Of a stretch of 60,964 nt of DNA, positions 18,670-27,775 are shown piece by piece. The notes beneath the pieces are model-generated. The model ran no database searches and had not been told where the DNA came from. It worked only from the letters and a program-made list of their open reading frames with translations. The stretch is from Candidatus Nanopelagicales bacterium (GTDB lineage: Bacteria; Actinomycetota; Actinomycetes; S36-B12; UBA5976). Location of the stretch: positions 1 through 60,964 of the forward strand of contig JAEMSA010000006.1 of assembly GCA_016463095.1 (NCBI GenBank), in the 5' to 3' direction. A program made the translations under genes and the position numbers. Position 1 is the first letter of the stretch; each line of letters starts with the position of its first letter.

Positions 18670-19800
18670 TTATCCCTGTCCTAATTCAGTTTTAACAAAA
18701 TCATTAGTGATCTCACCATTGATTACTAAAGCGCTACCAGATACAACTTCATCGTCTTTGTCAATAACAAGTGATCCGTCTTTGACAATGAAGGAAAGTA
18801 ATGAGATGACATTTCCTGCAAAAAGAAATGATGCATCAGGTGCCATGGAAGAAGCGATATTTTGTCCGCCCCAGATTTTTACTCCGTTGACTTCAACAAT
18901 TTGTCCAGGAACAGATCCTTCAACGTTGCCACCATTTTCGGCTGCCATGTCTGCGATTACAGATCCATATTTCATACCTTTAAGCATTGCTGCGGTAACT
19001 AGTCTTGGTGCTGGTCTTCCGGGAACTGCTGCAGTTGTTACTAGAACATCTGCTGCTGTGATGTAAGGAGTTAAAAGTTCTTGTTGAAGTTTGGTACGTT
19101 CTTGATCCATTTCTTTGGCATAACCGCCACTTCCTTCCACAACTGGTAATGCTAATTCGATGAATGTGGCGCCAACAGATTTAACTTCATCTTTACTTGC
19201 AGCTCTAACGTCATAACCTGAAACTATTGCACCAAGTTTTTTAGCGGTTGCCATTACTTGTAATCCGGCAACACCTGCACCAATAACTAAAACTTTCGAA
19301 GGTCGAATTGTTCCTGAAGCTGTCATAACCAAGGGAAACATTTTTGGCAACAATGAAGCAGCTGTAACCATGGTGTGATAACCAGCAACGGTGGCCTGAG
19401 AAGTTAAAGCATCAGCACTTTGTGCTCGAGAAATTCTTGGAACAAAGTCAAATGATAATAAAGTTGCGTGAGCTTTAGCAATGGCTGCAATGTTCTCTTT
19501 GTCCCTTTTTGCTTGGGCGAAAGATAAACAAACTGCACCTGATTTAAGTGATGAAGCAAGTGTCACAGGAAGTATTCCAACTGATGCAACTACATCTGCG
19601 TTTTTGATTGCAGCGGATATGTCAGTGACGATCTTTGCGCCAGCTTCTTGATAATTCTCGTTAGTAAATAGAGCTGTTAAACCAGCGTTGCTTTCAACTG
19701 ATACTTCAAATCCAAGTTTTACTAATTTGGCAATAGTCACAGGCGCAGCTGCAACCCTTTTTTCACCCGCACTGGTTTCCTTAGGCACGACTAATTGCAT
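18670..19800 (-). CDS. pntAA: NAD(P)+ transhydrogenase alpha-1 subunit (domain I)
   Basis: VPKE..GEKRVA, PRISRAQS, GAGVAGL, DMAAENGGN; start set to ATG 19800 with RBS AAGGGGA. Confidence 0.95.
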   Translation of the reverse strand: MQLVVPKETSAGEKRVAAAPVTIAKLVKLGFEVSVESNAGLTALFTNENYQEAGAKIVTDISAAIKNADVVASVGILPVTLASSLKSGAVCLSFAQAKRDKENIAAIAKAHATLLSFDFVPRISRAQSADALTSQATVAGYHTMVTAASLLPKMFPLVMTASGTIRPSKVLVIGAGVAGLQVMATAKKLGAIVSGYDVRAASKDEVKSVGATFIELALPVVEGSGGYAKEMDQERTKLQQELLTPYITAADVLVTTAAVPGRPAPRLVTAAMLKGMKYGSVIADMAAENGGNVEGSVPGQIVEVNGVKIWGGQNIASSMAPDASFLFAGNVISLLSFIVKDGSLVIDKDDEVVSGSALVINGEITNDFVKTELGQG

Positions 19801-19891
19801 GAAATTTATTTCCCCTTGAATGTCGTTCCTAGTTTGATATTCCAACTCTATTGACTGCTGAGAAAGAATTTGTGAGGTGCTTATATATGAG

Positions 19892-19907
19892 CAACACGCC
19901 GAGTCGC
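19892..19907 (+). promoter_or_regulatory. WhiA-box-like element upstream of ftsZ (CAACACGCCGAGTCGC)
   Basis: GACAC-like half sites on both strands (AACAC forward, GACTC reverse); WhiA is known to bind GACAC at actinobacterial ftsZ promoters. Confidence 0.45.
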
Positions 19908-19960
19908 GTGCTTGGCTAAGTCCCATATGAAGTCTAAATTCTCATTGCTTAACACACGCA

Positions 19961-19995
19961 ACAACTTTTAGCCTCAAGTTGAGGTTAAGAGTTGT
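19961..19995. promoter_or_regulatory. Inverted-repeat operator upstream of ftsZ, FtsR (MerR-family)-like
   Basis: ACAACTTTTAGCCTCAA-G-TTGAGGTTAAGAGTTGT, 15/17 inverted repeat with 1-nt spacer, 17 nt before the ftsZ start; resembles the conserved actinobacterial ftsZ palindrome. Confidence 0.7.
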
Positions 19996-20012
19996 ACCAG
20001 GGGGTTATTTAA

Positions 20013-21167
20013 GTGGTTGCACCACAAAATTACTTGGCCATTATCAAAGTTGTTGGTATTGGTGGCGGTGGCGTTAATGCTGTTAATCGAATGATTGAAG
20101 CCGGCGTAAAAGGCGTTGAATTTGTGGCAATAAATACCGACGCGCAAGCTCTCTTGATGAGTGATGCTGACGTCAAATTAGATATTGGTCGTGAACTAAC
20201 TCGTGGGCTAGGAGCTGGAGCTGATCCCTCAGTTGGTCGACAAGCTGCAGAAGATCACATTGAAGAATTAAGAGATGTTTTAAAAGGCTCTGACATGGTT
20301 TTCATTACGGCTGGTGAAGGTGGCGGAACTGGAACAGGTGGCGCACCTGTGGTGGCAAAAGTTGCTAAAGAAATGGGCGCTTTAACTATTGGTATTGTCA
20401 CAAAACCTTTCAATTTCGAAGGCAAGCGACGTATCAACCAAGCTGAATCGGGTGTTGACGCTTTAAGAAATGAAGTTGATACTTTAATTGTTATTCCAAA
20501 TGATCGTTTGCTTTCAATTTCTGACAGAAACATTTCAGTAATTGATGCATTTAGACAAGCAGATCATGTTCTACTCCAAGGAGTAAGTGGAATTACCGAT
20601 TTGATTACCACACCAGGTTTAATAAATCTTGACTTTGCTGATGTGCGAAGTGTGATGGCCGGTGCCGGAACAGCTTTGATGGGAATTGGTTCTGCTCGTG
20701 GAGAAAATAGGGCTGCAATTGCTGCAAATAACGCGATCGCTTCTCCTTTATTGGAAGCAGATATTCAAGGAGCAAAGGGAGTATTGCTTTCTATTGCAGG
20801 TGGCTCAGATTTAGGTTTGTTTGAAATTAATGAAGCAGCCCGTTTGGTGCAAAGCGTTGCAGCTGTTGATGCCAACATAATTTTTGGTGCAGTAATCGAT
20901 GATACTTTAGGTGATGAAGTACGAGTAACAGTAATTGCAGCAGGATTTGTGGATAAAGATTTAGCATCAGCTCGAAGAAGTACTATGCATGCAGTTGCAG
21001 ATGGTGAACCAGAAATTCCCTCATTTGTGGCTAGAACAAGAGAACCAGCAGTTACCCAACCTGCAGTCGGTTCAACTTTTAAGGCAAGCACTGCATCTAC
21101 TCCTAGAAGAGTTGTTTTTGATGACACCTTGAATGATGATCTTGATGTCCCGGATTTCTTAAAGTAG
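20013..21167 (+). CDS. ftsZ: Cell division protein FtsZ
   Basis: GGGTGTG signature, INLDFADV, C-terminal DLDVPDFLK; actinobacterial N-terminus PQNYLA. Confidence 0.99.
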   Translation: MVAPQNYLAIIKVVGIGGGGVNAVNRMIEAGVKGVEFVAINTDAQALLMSDADVKLDIGRELTRGLGAGADPSVGRQAAEDHIEELRDVLKGSDMVFITAGEGGGTGTGGAPVVAKVAKEMGALTIGIVTKPFNFEGKRRINQAESGVDALRNEVDTLIVIPNDRLLSISDRNISVIDAFRQADHVLLQGVSGITDLITTPGLINLDFADVRSVMAGAGTALMGIGSARGENRAAIAANNAIASPLLEADIQGAKGVLLSIAGGSDLGLFEINEAARLVQSVAAVDANIIFGAVIDDTLGDEVRVTVIAAGFVDKDLASARRSTMHAVADGEPEIPSFVARTREPAVTQPAVGSTFKASTASTPRRVVFDDTLNDDLDVPDFLK

Positions 21168-21174
21168 CTAACAT

Positions 21175-21903
21175 ATGTCGGTTCCCGCACCGATTTCATC
21201 TGGCAAGACAGGCAAAGCAAACTGGAGTTTCTTTGGTCGTCAGGGTGGAGTCAGTAAAAAACCTTTTGATTCTTTAAATGTGGCAGATCATGTTAAAGAC
21301 AAAGAAGAAAATGTTTTCAAAAACAGAGAAATTCTTGCTGAGAATTTAGCTATGCCTTTGGTTTATATTCAAGCAACACATTCCCCAAATGTGGTTAATG
21401 TGCAATCAGAATTTCCAGAAGTTCATGTTGATACAGATGCCTTAGTAACCAGGGAAACAAATCTGGGTTTAGTAATAATGTCTGCTGATTGTGCGCCTAT
21501 TGTTTTAGTTGATCCAATTGCTCACGTAGTTGGCGTAGTTCACGCTGGTTGGCAAGGAATGCTAGTTGGGGTAGTGGCAAATGCGGTTGAAGGAATGTTT
21601 GATTTAGGAGCTGAACCAGAAAATTTGAAAGCAATTATTGGACCAACAATAAGTGCCCAAAACTTTTTAGCCACTCAAGAAAGATTTGATGAAGTAAAAG
21701 ACATTGTGCCAACTGCTGCGGTGAAACTTGCTAACGGTCAGTTAGCAGTTGATATTAGAAAAGGGGTGAAGCATCAACTTGCTCAATACCAAATTAAAAC
21801 CACAGATCTAAATATTTGCACCTTTGATACCCCTGAACTGTTTTCTTTTCGCAGAGATCCTGAGACAGGAAGAAATGCTACTGTTGTTTGGTTAAGTCAA
21901 TGA
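21175..21903 (+). CDS. pgeF: PgeF/YfiH/YlmD peptidoglycan editing factor (laccase-domain protein)
   Basis: ADCAPI, HAGWQG, FSFRR..TGR; follows ftsZ. Confidence 0.9.
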   Translation: MSVPAPISSGKTGKANWSFFGRQGGVSKKPFDSLNVADHVKDKEENVFKNREILAENLAMPLVYIQATHSPNVVNVQSEFPEVHVDTDALVTRETNLGLVIMSADCAPIVLVDPIAHVVGVVHAGWQGMLVGVVANAVEGMFDLGAEPENLKAIIGPTISAQNFLATQERFDEVKDIVPTAAVKLANGQLAVDIRKGVKHQLAQYQIKTTDLNICTFDTPELFSFRRDPETGRNATVVWLSQ

Positions 21904-22601
21904 GTGATCGATTAGCAGGTATTAAAGATAATTTAGAAAAATTACAATCAAGGATTGACAAAGCCTGTCAAGAGGCAAAAAGAAGTAGCACAGAAATAAC
22001 TTTGATTGCTGTTACTAAAACTTATCCAGCTGATGACGTGGATTTACTTAAACAACTTGGCATTGATGATGTGGGTGAAAATAAAGATCAAGAAGCATCT
22101 TTAAAAAGATTGCAAGTGCAAGCAGATTTCAATTGGCATTTCATTGGGCAGTTGCAATCCAATAAAGCCAAGTCTGTAGTTAGTTATGCGCATTTGATTC
22201 ATTCGGTTGATCGACCATCCTTGGCAAAAGAAATTCAAAAAAGTGCTCAAGGTGTTGAAAAAAAACAAGCAGTTTTAATACAACTTGATTTAGATCAATC
22301 TGGACCTGACCCAACCAGAGGTGGGTTGTGGCCCACTGAATTGATGGCTTTAGCTCAACAAATCACAGATTCATCTCATCTGGAATTGAAAGGATTAATG
22401 AGTGTGGCACCACTTGGGGAGAACCCAGCAGATGCTTTTGCGAGATTAGCTGTGATCAGAGCTGATTTCCTAAAGGCTTACCCGCAAGCATCAATTTTGT
22501 CGGCTGGGATGAGTGATGACCTAGAAGCGGCTATTTTGCATGGGGCGACACACCTTCGAATTGGGTCTGCCTTACTCGGTGAAAGGCCAAAAATCGGGTA
22601 A
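21900..22601 (+). CDS. yggS: YggS/PROSC pyridoxal phosphate homeostasis protein
   Basis: LIAVTK, WHFIGQLQSNK, SAGMSDD, RIGS; start ATG 21900 (ATGA overlap). Confidence 0.95.
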   Translation: MSDRLAGIKDNLEKLQSRIDKACQEAKRSSTEITLIAVTKTYPADDVDLLKQLGIDDVGENKDQEASLKRLQVQADFNWHFIGQLQSNKAKSVVSYAHLIHSVDRPSLAKEIQKSAQGVEKKQAVLIQLDLDQSGPDPTRGGLWPTELMALAQQITDSSHLELKGLMSVAPLGENPADAFARLAVIRADFLKAYPQASILSAGMSDDLEAAILHGATHLRIGSALLGERPKIG

Positions 22602-22681
22602 ATTTATCTTTAGTCACAGGCGTAACTACAGCAACTTAAGAGTGCCTACGTGACATAGAGATATTTGACCAGGAGGAAGAT

Positions 22682-23182
22682 ATGCCAAAAGGCTTTCGCA
22701 AAATGGCTGTCTATTTAGGTCTAGTTGAAGATAATCAACACTATTTAAATGGTGAAATTGAAGAATTTTATGAAGAGCAAGCACCAGTTGTTCCAAGTTG
22801 GTCTCCCACTCCAAGAACTTTTTCCACTAGTGGTTCCACAGCTTTAGCTGAAAGACCCGAAGTAAGAATGAGCCCACAGGCAAGACCTGTTATGGCCGAA
22901 GCCGTTAGCAGAATCACCACACTTCACCCCCGCGCATTTAATGATGCACGAAGAATCGGCGAAGAATATCGCGATGGCACACCAGTCATCATCAACTTGT
23001 CTGAAATGGAACCTTCTGATCAAAAACGAATTCTGGACTTTGCTTCAGGATTAGCTTTTGCGTTAAGAGGAACTATCGAAAGAGTGACTAGCTCAGTTTT
23101 CTTAATTTCGCCAGCAAATGTAGATCTTGGGGCAGAAGCTCGTCAACAAGTCGCCCAAGATGGTTTCTTTAATCAAGTTTAA
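22682..23182 (+). CDS. sepF: Cell division protein SepF
   Basis: RKMAVYLGLVED N-terminus, DARRIGE..R.G.PVIINL, RILDFASGL; RBS AGGAGG. Confidence 0.96.
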   Translation: MPKGFRKMAVYLGLVEDNQHYLNGEIEEFYEEQAPVVPSWSPTPRTFSTSGSTALAERPEVRMSPQARPVMAEAVSRITTLHPRAFNDARRIGEEYRDGTPVIINLSEMEPSDQKRILDFASGLAFALRGTIERVTSSVFLISPANVDLGAEARQQVAQDGFFNQV

Positions 23183-23197
23183 TTAAGATAAATCAAT

Positions 23198-23473
23198 ATG
23201 GGTTCCCTAATTGCTCAACTACTTCAGTTATATCTGTTAGTGATGATCGGACGTTTAGTCTTTGATTATGTGCAAATGTTTGCCCGTTCCTGGAGACCAA
23301 CAGGATTTGTTTTAGTCCTTGTTGAAACTATTTATTCCTTAACCGATCCTCCTTTGAACTTTTTCCGACGTTTCATCCCACCGGTACGGATAGGTTCTGT
23401 TTCATTGGACTTGTCTTTTCTGGTTGTTATCATCCTGATTCAAGTAGCCATGGGCATATTTTCCTCCCTGTAA
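23198..23473 (+). CDS. YggT/YlmG (SepG) membrane protein
   Basis: TDPPL..RRFIPP.R.G...LDLS YggT signature. Confidence 0.92.
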   Translation: MGSLIAQLLQLYLLVMIGRLVFDYVQMFARSWRPTGFVLVLVETIYSLTDPPLNFFRRFIPPVRIGSVSLDLSFLVVIILIQVAMGIFSSL

Positions 23474-23533
23474 CCAACGCAATTTGAGGTCCTCAGGGTA
23501 GATTAGGCCTCGTTACTAAATTTTGGAGTAAAA

Positions 23534-24019
23534 ATGGCTTTAACCCCTGAAGAAGTATCAAGTGTGGTTTTTGATACCACCCGTTGGCGCACTGGTTATG
23601 ACATTAAACAAGTTGACGCATTTTTAGTAAAAATTGTGGAAGAAATAGCTTTTTTACAAAACGAAGTGGAAATGGCTAAAAGAGGTACAACTCTTTCTTC
23701 TTCTCAAAGTGTTGACACCAAATCACCCGTTGAAGTTTTAACTTTGGCCCAGCAAGCATTAACTGCAGCTACCAACGAAGCAGAAAGACTAGTAAGAGAA
23801 GCAAGAGCTAGAGCAGCATCAATTTCATCCAGTGTTGAATCAGAAAAAGCTGAAATTTCTGCACAAATAAAAAGACTTGAAGCAATAGAAGTGGAATACC
23901 GTACTCGTTTAAGAGGCTGGTTATCTGGACTACTTACTGATTTAGGTCCTCAGTTACATGAGTCAATTGATAGCACTGGACCAGTTAAAGTAATAACTGA
24001 AACACCACAAAACGATTAA
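23534..24019 (+). CDS. divIVA: DivIVA/Wag31 (short form)
   Basis: MALTPEEV..F...RTGYD..QVDAFL N-domain; coiled coil with EYRTRL motif. Confidence 0.9.
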   Translation: MALTPEEVSSVVFDTTRWRTGYDIKQVDAFLVKIVEEIAFLQNEVEMAKRGTTLSSSQSVDTKSPVEVLTLAQQALTAATNEAERLVREARARAASISSSVESEKAEISAQIKRLEAIEVEYRTRLRGWLSGLLTDLGPQLHESIDSTGPVKVITETPQND

Positions 24020-24025
24020 AAGCAG

Positions 24026-27000
24026 TTAAGCTTTTTCAATCCAAATTTCTAGATTCAAATCTTCATCTTTAGTGGTCGGATCACTCGTTGCCTTTTCTGC
24101 AGCAAAACTTAACGCTAAGACTTCACTTTTAATAACTTCCATATTTTCACTAATTGAACTCCCGACTTGTTCATCGGTAGTGTGATATTTCAAGTTGATT
24201 CGATCTGAAACGTCTAAGCCTGAAGTTTTTCGGGCTTCTTGAATCATTCTGATCACTTCGCGAGAAATTCCTAAACTTCTTAACTCAGGAGAGATTTCCA
24301 AATCAAGTGCAATTGTTTCACCATCTTGGCTTACTACAGACCAACCTTCTCGGGGGGTTTCAGTGATGATCACATCTTCTGTCGTGATTTCAAATTCCTG
24401 ATCTTCAAGTTTGATTACTGCTTTGTTGTTGGTTCTTAACTGTTTAACTAAAGATGGGGCATCTGCTTTAGTTATTTCTTTAGCAATAGCGGGGGTTTCT
24501 TGGGAGTATCTGGCACCAAGAGTTCGAAAGTTAGCCTTAAGTGCAACGTTAACCAAATCACCAGTTTCACCCAGTGATTGTAAATCTAGAATATTTAATT
24601 CTTCAGCTAGTTGGTCTCTTAAATCTTGGGGAACTTTATCCCAGTTTTTAGCCGCAACTAGTGCACGTGAAAGTGGCTGACGATTCTTAATTTTACCTTC
24701 AGCGCGAGCAGCTCTGCCCAGTTCAACTAAGCGTCTAATTAGTCCCATGTTTTCGATCAGATCAGTTCTGATTTCAGATTTATTTGCCTTAGGCCAATTA
24801 GCTAAATGAACTGATTGCAATGAAGTATCCGTGGTGGTTTTAAACATGTCTTGCCACACACGTTCTGTAATGAAAGGCACAAAGGGTGCCATGATCAAAG
24901 TTATGGTTCTTAATGCTTCGTGGAGAGTGGCTAGTGCAACCGGGTCGCCATCCCAAAATCTTCTTCTATTTCTTCTGACATACCAATTTGACATGTCATC
25001 CACCACATCGGCAAGTACTCGTCCAGCTTTTTGAGTGTCAAAGTTTTCTAAGGCATTAGTCACTTGCAAAACTGCATCATCAACCAAACTTAATAACCAC
25101 TGATCAATTTCTGGTCTATCTTTTCTAGCTAATACTTTGTCACCAGGATTATAGGTTGATAAACGAGTGTAAAGAGAAAGAAATGATGCAGTATTCCAAT
25201 AAGTAAGTAAAACTTTTCTGGTTACTTCTTGAATTGCAGCATGACCAACTCGCCTTGACTGCCACGGAGATCCTGAGGCCAACATGAACCAGCGCACAGA
25301 ATCTGCACCGTGTTCATCCATTAAAGCTATTGGTTCCAAAACATTTCCTAGATGCTTACTCATCTTGCGACCTTTTTCATCCAAGATGTGACCAAGTGTG
25401 ACAACGTTTTTGTATGAACTTTGATCAAAAACTAAAGTGCCAATAGCCATCAAAGTGTAGAACCAACCTCTGGTCTGATCAATTGCTTCGCAAATAAAAT
25501 CAGCAGGATAACTTTTCTTAAACAGTTCACTATTTTTTTGTGGGTAACTAAGTTGAGCAAAAGGCATGGCACCTGAGTCATACCAACAATCAATTACTTC
25601 CGGAACTCTCTGGGCAATTTTTTTACATTCCGGGCATGGAATTGTAATGTCATCAACAAAGGGACGATGAGGATCAGTGTTAGTCACATCTTGACCAGAG
25701 AGTTCACTTAATTCTTTTAATGACCCAACAGCTGTTTGGTGTTTATCTTCGCAAATCCAAATAGGAAGGGGAGTGCCCCAATATCTATTTCTTGATAAAG
25801 CCCAATCAATATTGTTGTTTAACCAGTCGCCGTATCGACCATGTTTTATGGTGTTAGGAAACCAATTGGTTTTTTCATTTTCTCTGAGTAGCGCATCTTT
25901 GATTTGGGTAGTTCTGATGTACCAAGAAGGTTGGGCGTAATACATCAAAGGAGTGTGGCAACGCCAACAATGCGGATATTGATGTTCGTAAGCTAAGTCT
26001 TTAAATAAAATGCCACGTTTCTTTAAATCTTTGACGATATCTTTGTCGGCTTTCTTAAAGAATTGTCCTGCCACCAATGGAGTATGTGGTGCGAAGTGCC
26101 CATCTGCCTGAACTGGATTTACAACTGGTAATCCATATTTTCTACAAACTTGTAAGTCTTCTGCTCCAAACGCAGGTGATTGGTGCACAATTCCGGTGCC
26201 ATCTTCAGTTGTTACATAATCTGCCAAAACCACACTATGAAGGGCTGCGGGGGCATCGTCTTCGAAAAGTGTTTTTCCAAATGGTGGTTGGTAGTGAATA
26301 CCTTCTAAATCTTTACCCTTAACAGTTTCCTTGACTTTAATTTCATCACCCAACAAAGCTACTAATGCTTCAGCGATCACAAAATGTTCATCTGCTAATT
26401 CAACAATTAAGTAATCAATTTTGGGACCAACAGCAGCTGCAGTGTTACTAATTGTTGTCCAGGGAGTTGTGGTCCACACCAGTAATGAAAGGTTTTTATA
26501 TTTCTGAAAAAGATCCCCATCAAGGACAGGAAATTTCAAATACACAGATTGGTCAGTGATGGTTTCATAACCCAGTGCCAACTCATGATCTGAGAGACCG
26601 GTGCCACATCGTGGGCAATAAGGGCTGACTCGGTAATCAGAAACCAGTAAACCTTTTTTATGAATCTCTTTTAATGACCACCAAACTGATTCAACATAAC
26701 TTGGATTCATAGTCCAATATGCTTTATCAAAATCCACCCAATAGCCCATGCGTGAAGTCATGGTGGTGAAATCGTTCACATTTCGTAAAACTGATTCGCG
26801 ACATTTAGCATTGAATTCAGCAACCCCATATTTTTCAATATCGGTTTTGCCGGTGAAACCTAATTCTTTTTCGACTGCTAATTCAACTGGTAAACCGTGA
26901 CAATCCCAACCTGCATATCTTGGAACGTAATAACCTTGCATGGCTTTGAATCTGGGAAAAACATCTTTGAAAACTCTTGCCTCAACGTGGTGAGCTCCAG

Positions 27001-27160
27001 GTTTACCATTTGCAGTTGGGGGTCCTTCATAAAAGATCCAACTATTATTTTCATCTCTTTGGTTTAGGGATTTATGAAAAATCTCCTCAGATTCCCACAT
27101 GTCCAATACTTCGCGTTCCATTTCAGGAAGGTTGATGCGATTGGGTACCTCGCGATACAC
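24026..27160 (-). CDS. ileS: Isoleucyl-tRNA synthetase, type 2
   Basis: EGPPTANG, GWDCHGLP, WTTTPWT, SRNRYWGTP, DQTRGWF, KMSK; HIGH replaced by GAHH. Confidence 0.98.
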   Translation of the reverse strand: MYREVPNRINLPEMEREVLDMWESEEIFHKSLNQRDENNSWIFYEGPPTANGKPGAHHVEARVFKDVFPRFKAMQGYYVPRYAGWDCHGLPVELAVEKELGFTGKTDIEKYGVAEFNAKCRESVLRNVNDFTTMTSRMGYWVDFDKAYWTMNPSYVESVWWSLKEIHKKGLLVSDYRVSPYCPRCGTGLSDHELALGYETITDQSVYLKFPVLDGDLFQKYKNLSLLVWTTTPWTTISNTAAAVGPKIDYLIVELADEHFVIAEALVALLGDEIKVKETVKGKDLEGIHYQPPFGKTLFEDDAPAALHSVVLADYVTTEDGTGIVHQSPAFGAEDLQVCRKYGLPVVNPVQADGHFAPHTPLVAGQFFKKADKDIVKDLKKRGILFKDLAYEHQYPHCWRCHTPLMYYAQPSWYIRTTQIKDALLRENEKTNWFPNTIKHGRYGDWLNNNIDWALSRNRYWGTPLPIWICEDKHQTAVGSLKELSELSGQDVTNTDPHRPFVDDITIPCPECKKIAQRVPEVIDCWYDSGAMPFAQLSYPQKNSELFKKSYPADFICEAIDQTRGWFYTLMAIGTLVFDQSSYKNVVTLGHILDEKGRKMSKHLGNVLEPIALMDEHGADSVRWFMLASGSPWQSRRVGHAAIQEVTRKVLLTYWNTASFLSLYTRLSTYNPGDKVLARKDRPEIDQWLLSLVDDAVLQVTNALENFDTQKAGRVLADVVDDMSNWYVRRNRRRFWDGDPVALATLHEALRTITLIMAPFVPFITERVWQDMFKTTTDTSLQSVHLANWPKANKSEIRTDLIENMGLIRRLVELGRAARAEGKIKNRQPLSRALVAAKNWDKVPQDLRDQLAEELNILDLQSLGETGDLVNVALKANFRTLGARYSQETPAIAKEITKADAPSLVKQLRTNNKAVIKLEDQEFEITTEDVIITETPREGWSVVSQDGETIALDLEISPELRSLGISREVIRMIQEARKTSGLDVSDRINLKYHTTDEQVGSSISENMEVIKSEVLALSFAAEKATSDPTTKDEDLNLEIWIEKA

Positions 27161-27201
27161 GTTTTGGACACCTTCCTAACTTTTAATAAACGAGAAATAA
27201 G

Positions 27202-27234
27202 AAAAAAGTGGGCTCTCGTAGTTTAGGAGAACCC
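27202..27234 (-). terminator. Terminator-like hairpin in the ileS upstream region
   Basis: Minus strand GGGTTCTC-ctaaactac-GAGAGCCC-ac-TTTTTT (8-bp stem with one G-U, then U6). Confidence 0.5.
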
Positions 27235-27256
27235 TGATACGCGTAGTGTTCGCTAG

Positions 27257-27775
27257 GTGAAGAGTCGCACATATTTGCAAGAATTAATGCTGAGAATGGC
27301 ACTAGGCGTAATCGTTCTAGATTTAATAACCAAAGACTTAGCTGTGCGGTTTCTGGAAAATTCGTCAAACATTGTGCTGATTCCAGCTATTTTTGGCCAG
27401 AGTGCTGGCCCTGTGCTGCAACTAACCTTCGTCAGAAACTCAGGGGCAGCCTTTAGTTTGGGTTCCAATACCACCTGGGTATTTACGCTGTTGGCCTTTG
27501 TGATTTCGTTCTATATATATAGAACAGGACGAAAAGTAGTCAGATTAAGTTGGGCTATTTGCTTAGGGGCAATGCTGGGCGGGGCAGTAGGTAATTTAAT
27601 TGATCGTTTATTTAGATCACCTGGGGTCTTTCGTGGAGCAGTGGTGGATTTCATCCAGATTCCCTATTGGGCCATCTTTAATATTGCTGACATGGGTGTG
27701 AGTATTTCTGCGGTAATTATTGCTGCCATGACTTTATTTGGAAAAGATCCTTATAAAAAGAGTTCAAAAAAATGA
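27257..27775 (+). CDS. lspA: Lipoprotein signal peptidase
   Basis: RNSGAAFS, GNLIDR, VVDFI, FNIAD. Confidence 0.96.
   Translation: MKSRTYLQELMLRMALGVIVLDLITKDLAVRFLENSSNIVLIPAIFGQSAGPVLQLTFVRNSGAAFSLGSNTTWVFTLLAFVISFYIYRTGRKVVRLSWAICLGAMLGGAVGNLIDRLFRSPGVFRGAVVDFIQIPYWAIFNIADMGVSISAVIIAAMTLFGKDPYKKSSKK

Noticed and set aside
13564-19800. Prophage, ICE or transposon
   Set aside because: No integrase, transposase, att-like or terminal repeats; composition looks like the flanks; pnt is a housekeeping module
19801-19926. 42-aa N-terminal extension of PntAA in the ORF track
   Set aside because: Homology starts at MQLVVPKE (19800), which has a good RBS; the extension overlaps the ftsZ promoter elements
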